DNA from: Klebsormidium nitens
Taxonomy: Eukaryota; Plantae; Klebsormidiophyceae
Direction: 5' to 3'
NCBI GenBank assembly: GCA_000708835.1
Contig: DF237367.1
Location: 1 to 64,000, forward strand
DNA length: 64,000 nucleotides
Under the pieces are notes generated by a model. The model was not told the origin of the DNA. It made no database searches and saw nothing but the letters and a program-made list of their open reading frames with translations. Of the stretch, positions 59,501 to 64,000 are shown one piece after another (position 1 is the first letter of the stretch; the number at the start of each line of letters is the position of its first letter). The position numbers and the translations under genes were made by a program.

Positions 59501-61324
59501 CCGGTTTCTCTCCCCCGTCTTTACAGCCCTTTCCTCCGAGTTTACACCCTGCCCATCGGACCCCTTTTTGCCAGCTGGCGAACCCTCTTTCCTTCCAAGA
59601 ACTTCCGCTTCGCGTCCTACCTGTGCCGCCTTCTCGCTTGCCAGACCCCCCTTGGATGACGGACCTTTTTCCGGTTCGCCCAGCCCCACTGCTCCGCTCC
59701 TCGCTTCTACCTTTGCGCGCAGCACAAGCGCACGTCTGCCCCCGGCCAGCTTCGGTTTCTTGTCGACCGGCCCGCTAGGAACCCCCCCGGGAAAGCTCCT
59801 CTTGGCGGGCAGCGTCATAAATCCTAACGGCGCTTTGAACTGGTGAGGATCCTGTTGGGCTGGAACCGCCTCACCCCAGGAAACCGAAGCACCTCCGCCC
59901 CTCTCGTTCTCCAATTGGCCCTTCGTCAGTTGAGCTAGAAACTGTCCAAGGGGCACTTGCGCCGACCCCGAGACCCCACCCTCTCCCACAGCCCCGACAG
60001 CCACCTTTTCATGCACTTCTCCCACGCCTTTGCCGTCAATTCCCGCTTTTCCACTCCTCTCCGACGGCCCACCTTTCTCCATCACATTATCGACCCTTGC
60101 CTCTTCCCCTCCCAGCGCCTTCAGGGGCGCTTTTGCCTTGTGCTTGCCCACCTTTCCGATCTTGGCCAGGGGCACATCCTCGATTGACTCACCGCTCGTC
60201 GTCCGATCCAGCTTTCTCTTGCCGGCCTGCCTTGCTTGCCCCTTCCCAATCGAACCCACCCCGTTCGCTTCGGGCTCCAAACCTTTTTCCACTCGCATAC
60301 CTCCAATGCCAATGCCTGCGCCAGCTGTCACCACTCCACCGCCAGCTGTAATCGCGACCCCGCCAGCTGTCACTGCACCCCTGCCAGCTGTTGGCCCGTC
60401 CTGGCCAACGCTTTTCCCCAACGCAGCAGCTGCTGCCCGGCCGTGACCAGCTGTTCCTGTCCCTTTCCCGCCCCCCTCATTTTCCAGCTGGTTTGAAGCG
60501 CCTTCGTTCTTCTCGGGCGATGCTAACTTCCATATGGTGTCTCCATCCTCGCTTTCCCCAGCCATGACCCACCTGGGGGGCGCTTCCAACGGCACTGCGT
60601 TCCTTTTGGCAGCGGCTGACTTTGACGGACGGCCCCGCTTCTTCTTCTTCGGACTGGGCTCCCTTTTCGCCCCACCCACACCTGACGCCTTCGCAGGCAT
60701 CTCCACCTTCTTTGTGGCTTTCACCGATGGAGACGCCCCAGAGACCATGTCAAGTGGGTCCGCTTCCTTCCCGATACCCCCCATCGGCAAGGACGAGCCC
60801 ACCAAAGCCTTCTTCTTAGGTCTTCCAACCTTTTTCTTGCCGCCAGCTGGCGCTGGCCTTTCCGGCGCTTTTGCTTCTGCTTCAGGCACTAATGCGGAAG
60901 GCCCCCCGGCAGGATCCCCCCTGGACCCCTCTCCATCGTTCTCTACTGCTTTGGGGGGGCCCTTCTTCTCCTGCGGTGGCCCACCCAACCCCCCCTGCCC
61001 TAGTTTCTGCACCGCTGTTGTCGTGTTCAGCTTCTTTAGGGGGGCTGCCGGCTTCAGGTTTCGGGTGGGGCCTCCCAGCCACCCCCTTGAAACCACTTTC
61101 TTCCCGCTCCCTCGTCCCCCCCCGCACGTGACCATTTTCTGCTTTGGGCCCCCCTTTGCCGGGGCCCCGCGCCCCATAGTCCCCCCATTTGCCGTTGGGA
61201 TTTTGGGTTTTGAAGCCCCCCCAATTCCAGGTGAGTTTCGTAGATTGACGAGTTCCAGTTTCTGGCCATCTTTGTCGTGCGCCTCAATGAGCTCGATCTC
61301 ATCGTCGCTCTCTTCTTCCGCCAT
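47558..61324 (-). CDS. Very large (more than 3000 aa), largely disordered nuclear protein with AT-hook-like, SPOC-like, RRM-like and KH-like segments; two apparent 1-nt homopolymer deletions
   Basis: Exons 61324-58890, (one or more unresolved small exons 58.9-58.35 kb), 58348-57302, 56542-56431, 55412-53613, 52513-49999 and 49310-47558. Adding one G at 59512-59516 and one at 50424-50429 restores both the frame and the splice phases. Domain calls are by eye. Confidence 0.75.
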
Positions 61325-63281
61325 CTTCAGAACCGGGCTGCAGGGGGGGGAAACAACAGTTGTTCGTAAAGAACCTTTTCATGTAACAGAATCGAGGAAC
61401 AGGGGGAAAAGTGGGAGTTGATTGTACAGGCAGCTAAACTCCCTCAGGTACTTGTTTGTACAACACACTGAGCACAACGCACCAAGAAACGCTGGAAAGG
61501 TCACTGCATATTTTGCAACATATCCAATCTCTTCGCTGTCCCACTTTCTATACCTTGAATAGGACAGAGTTCAGCTCCAATTTGACCAGCCCTTTGATGG
61601 CGGCATCTCATGCAGTCGCACTTCGAGACGTACAGGGGCGCACAGGCTGCCCAGACTGATGGCCTTTATCCTTCCAACAGAAGCATGCTGGTGATTGGGC
61701 AAGGACTTTTAAGCGGTGAGTTCTCCAGCTCAAAAGGAAGAGCATGCAATGCAGCTGCTCAATCGAAGCTCACACAAGACATGAAAGCAGAGTGTGCATT
61801 TCTGTGTGTTTACCTGGCGCCTTATCTGTCAAGCTTCAGATGTTCCAACCCTGTCCGGCTGTCAATGTCCTGTCCACTCAGATATTGGGCAAACGCTTGG
61901 CCGCCTCAGGGGCAGGATGCAGACGCCACGAAGCGCCCAGGCCCAGGGCCAAGGCCATGGTCGATCCATCACCTCGAGGCTAGCCACGGTCTACCGACTC
62001 TAAGACTACAGCCTGAGCTAGACAAAGCCCGCGTGAAACCTGACGTTTGATCCGAGCAGACAGGAGACTCATGGGACTCATGCCACATGTGAGAAATAAT
62101 GACTCGAGTTGGTACCCGGTGCTCGGAAGACAGCCCACTGAGGCCTTGTGGCCTGGAGAATCTCAAACACGTAGTCTACAAAGGACGCCGAACAAGGCAG
62201 CGTGGTGACACGGAAGACGACAAGTTATTGCCCGGTAGATCGACAGCCTCGGCTTTTCACACCTCCTGAGATCCTGATTTCAGCAGGGATCAGCCTCTCG
62301 ACTCTTGAGCAGACTGCATGCAGTCTTCAATATTCAGAGAGACTGCAAGTTGCAACAGCAAGAGAGAGGCGCGCGTCTAAGAAGAGCTCACCATCGCTTT
62401 GGAGCGTCTCGATTGGTGTAAGAGTCCTCTGCTGGACGGAAGACCCAAGAGATACAAGTCCTTCAAGTATCAGCATACCTGGTGGCGCTGAGCAGAAGCC
62501 AATGCTGAGCAGTTGCGCTGTTTGATACTTGCCTTGAGCGCCCAGTGTGCAGGTGAGCAACTTGCAGAACTCTTTTAAAGCCTGTGCCAAAGAAATCTTG
62601 TCTCAAGGTTTACCTGGAAATCTTGAGGTGACCCCTGTACGTGGATTTTGACTGCAAAAATTCCAATTTCACCCTCATGTAAGATTGTTCATGTCCCGTT
62701 CTGCAAGTGTCAACATTCACGCCCTCTGCATGCACGCTTACAAAAAAGCGCAGGCGAATCTGCAGCATTGCTCTTACAATGAGCTCTTTGTTGAGCCAGT
62801 GGTGTGACTTTTGCATCTGTGGGGCATCCAGCTAGTCTTAACAAAAAAGGCACTCCCCCTTGCTTATTTGCAACTCAACAATCTTTCGTCTGCAATCAAT
62901 GCGGTGCTCCATGGCCAGCTCGTTGCCATTGATTACTGGGAATCGCATTGCCAAGAACTTGCAACTCATATTAGTCTGGTCGCGCTGGTCACATTCTTTC
63001 TTGGGCCTGTTCTGCACACAGTGGGGGCAACCGGTGAGATGACTCTCTGGTCAAAACACACCGGCTAGATTTCAGTATCTTCACAGCTCGCTTACAGTCA
63101 AAGGCATAATATGTGTCTGATATGGTGGTGTATCCAAGTAAACAATGAAAGCCGCCTGCGCTTTCTCCTGCCAGCTGATGAAAAAGACTTCTGGTTCTCA
63201 CTTTGCAGAAAGACCAGCTTTTTGGATGCTACTCCCTACAAAAACTCCAAATCTCCACTTCCTTTTTTTCAGGACCGAAAA

Positions 63282-64000
63282 ATGGCGCCCCAGCCACTTT
63301 TCTCACAGCGCCCTCCCCCACAGCCTGGACAATCGTCACGGCAGCTGTCATGTTCCAGCCGCCAGCTGTCGCCCATCAAGCTCTCGCTCGCCGTTGCAGC
63401 AGTCCTTCTTTCTTTTGCGGACGCCGTTTCAGCCCGGTGCAATCCGTACCGCAATTGCAACGCAGAGGGCTACTGCTGCTGCTCAAACTCAGTGTTCTAC
63501 TCTGCGCGCCCCGTTGGTCAAACCTGCCAGAAGCATTTCCGAGCGTACATGCTCGCTGTCGTCATTGTCCCGATCGCCGTAGGCCTTGTGCTTTGCATGC
63601 TTATGAGCTATTGGCAGCGGAAGCGGCTTGCGAGGTTGCGCCCGAATACGTACCAGACGGGGCCCGACCTCAACCCAGTGCCAATGCCTTATATTGCCGG
63701 GCCGGGGGCTTATGCGGGGGGGCCGGCGAGATATCCTCCCGGACCGGGCGCCTATGGAGATCCGGCCATGCCATACCAAGGTGCGCCTGGGGGGTATCAC
63801 GATGGGTCACCAGCATATGGGGGGGGACAGGGCGCTTATGGGGGCGGGCCGGGTGCTTATCAGGGTGGACCAGGGGCTTATGGAGGGGGGCCGACGCCGG
63901 GTTATGATCACCAGGTCTATGGGACCCCAGTTATGGCCTATCCGCCGGCAGCGCACCTTCCAGAGGATCGCTATAAGGAGGCGCCGGCTCCTTACAGGGC
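63282..64000 (+). CDS. Single-pass membrane protein: signal-like segment, 6-Cys mini-ectodomain, TM helix, Gly/Pro/Tyr-rich tail (Shisa/WBP1-like architecture); 3'-truncated by window
   Basis: The frame from ATG 63282 (9 nt after a T-rich acceptor) is open to the window end and is absent from the ORF track because it has no stop. It reads LSLAVAAVLLSFADAVSA-RCNPYRNCNAEGYCCCSNSVFYSARPVGQTC-..MLAVVIVPIAVGLVLCMLMSYW-QRKRLARLR-..GPGAYGGGPGAY repeats. Confidence 0.8.
   Translation, partial: MAPQPLFSQRPPPQPGQSSRQLSCSSRQLSPIKLSLAVAAVLLSFADAVSARCNPYRNCNAEGYCCCSNSVFYSARPVGQTCQKHFRAYMLAVVIVPIAVGLVLCMLMSYWQRKRLARLRPNTYQTGPDLNPVPMPYIAGPGAYAGGPARYPPGPGAYGDPAMPYQGAPGGYHDGSPAYGGGQGAYGGGPGAYQGGPGAYGGGPTPGYDHQVYGTPVMAYPPAAHLPEDRYKEAPAPYR

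Noticed and set aside
50238-61421. Long plus-strand ORFs opposite the giant gene (e.g. 50238-51296, 53333-54161, 57245-57829, 60030-61421)
   Set aside because: They are Ser/Pro/Phe-rich antisense shadows of GC-rich low-complexity exons, with no domains or splice support.
1-64000. tRNA, rRNA, retroelement or DNA-transposase genes
   Set aside because: No cloverleaf, rRNA-like, RT/integrase or DDE motif was recognised by eye; tRNAscan-SE, Infernal and RepeatMasker would be needed to exclude them formally.

Overview
Eukaryotic nuclear DNA with GC-rich exons and spliceosomal introns. Gene content and style best fit a charophyte green alga such as Klebsormidium (inference). I reconstructed about 10 multi-exon genes by hand from GT/GC-AG sites and reading-phase matching. 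(1) A USP + U-box E3 ligase (+, 1514-6675). (2) Five paralogous BTB-BACK-MATH-like genes of the LRB/POB1 type (A -, B +, C -, D -, E +) that share one 4-exon plan and differ mainly by a variable acidic insert inside the BTB domain; in D and E the insert carries an NLS-like and an RRSARL-like motif. (3) An FHA-BRCT-RING protein of about 1705 aa (+, 11992-19421). (4) A secreted, bacterial-looking repeat protein gene (-, 36772-30927) whose last exon is interrupted by a 545-bp fragment of an unrelated coiled-coil gene. (5) A protein of more than 3000 aa, mostly disordered, with AT-hook-like, SPOC-like, RRM-like and KH-like segments (-, 61324-47558). (6) A Shisa/WBP1-like single-pass membrane protein running off the window end (+, 63282->64000). 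Four 1-nt frameshifts all fall in short homopolymers, which suggests consensus errors rather than true lesions. The palindrome TGACGTCA occurs at least 12 times against about 1 expected, mostly inside exons. No rRNA, tRNA, CRISPR array or transposase was recognised.
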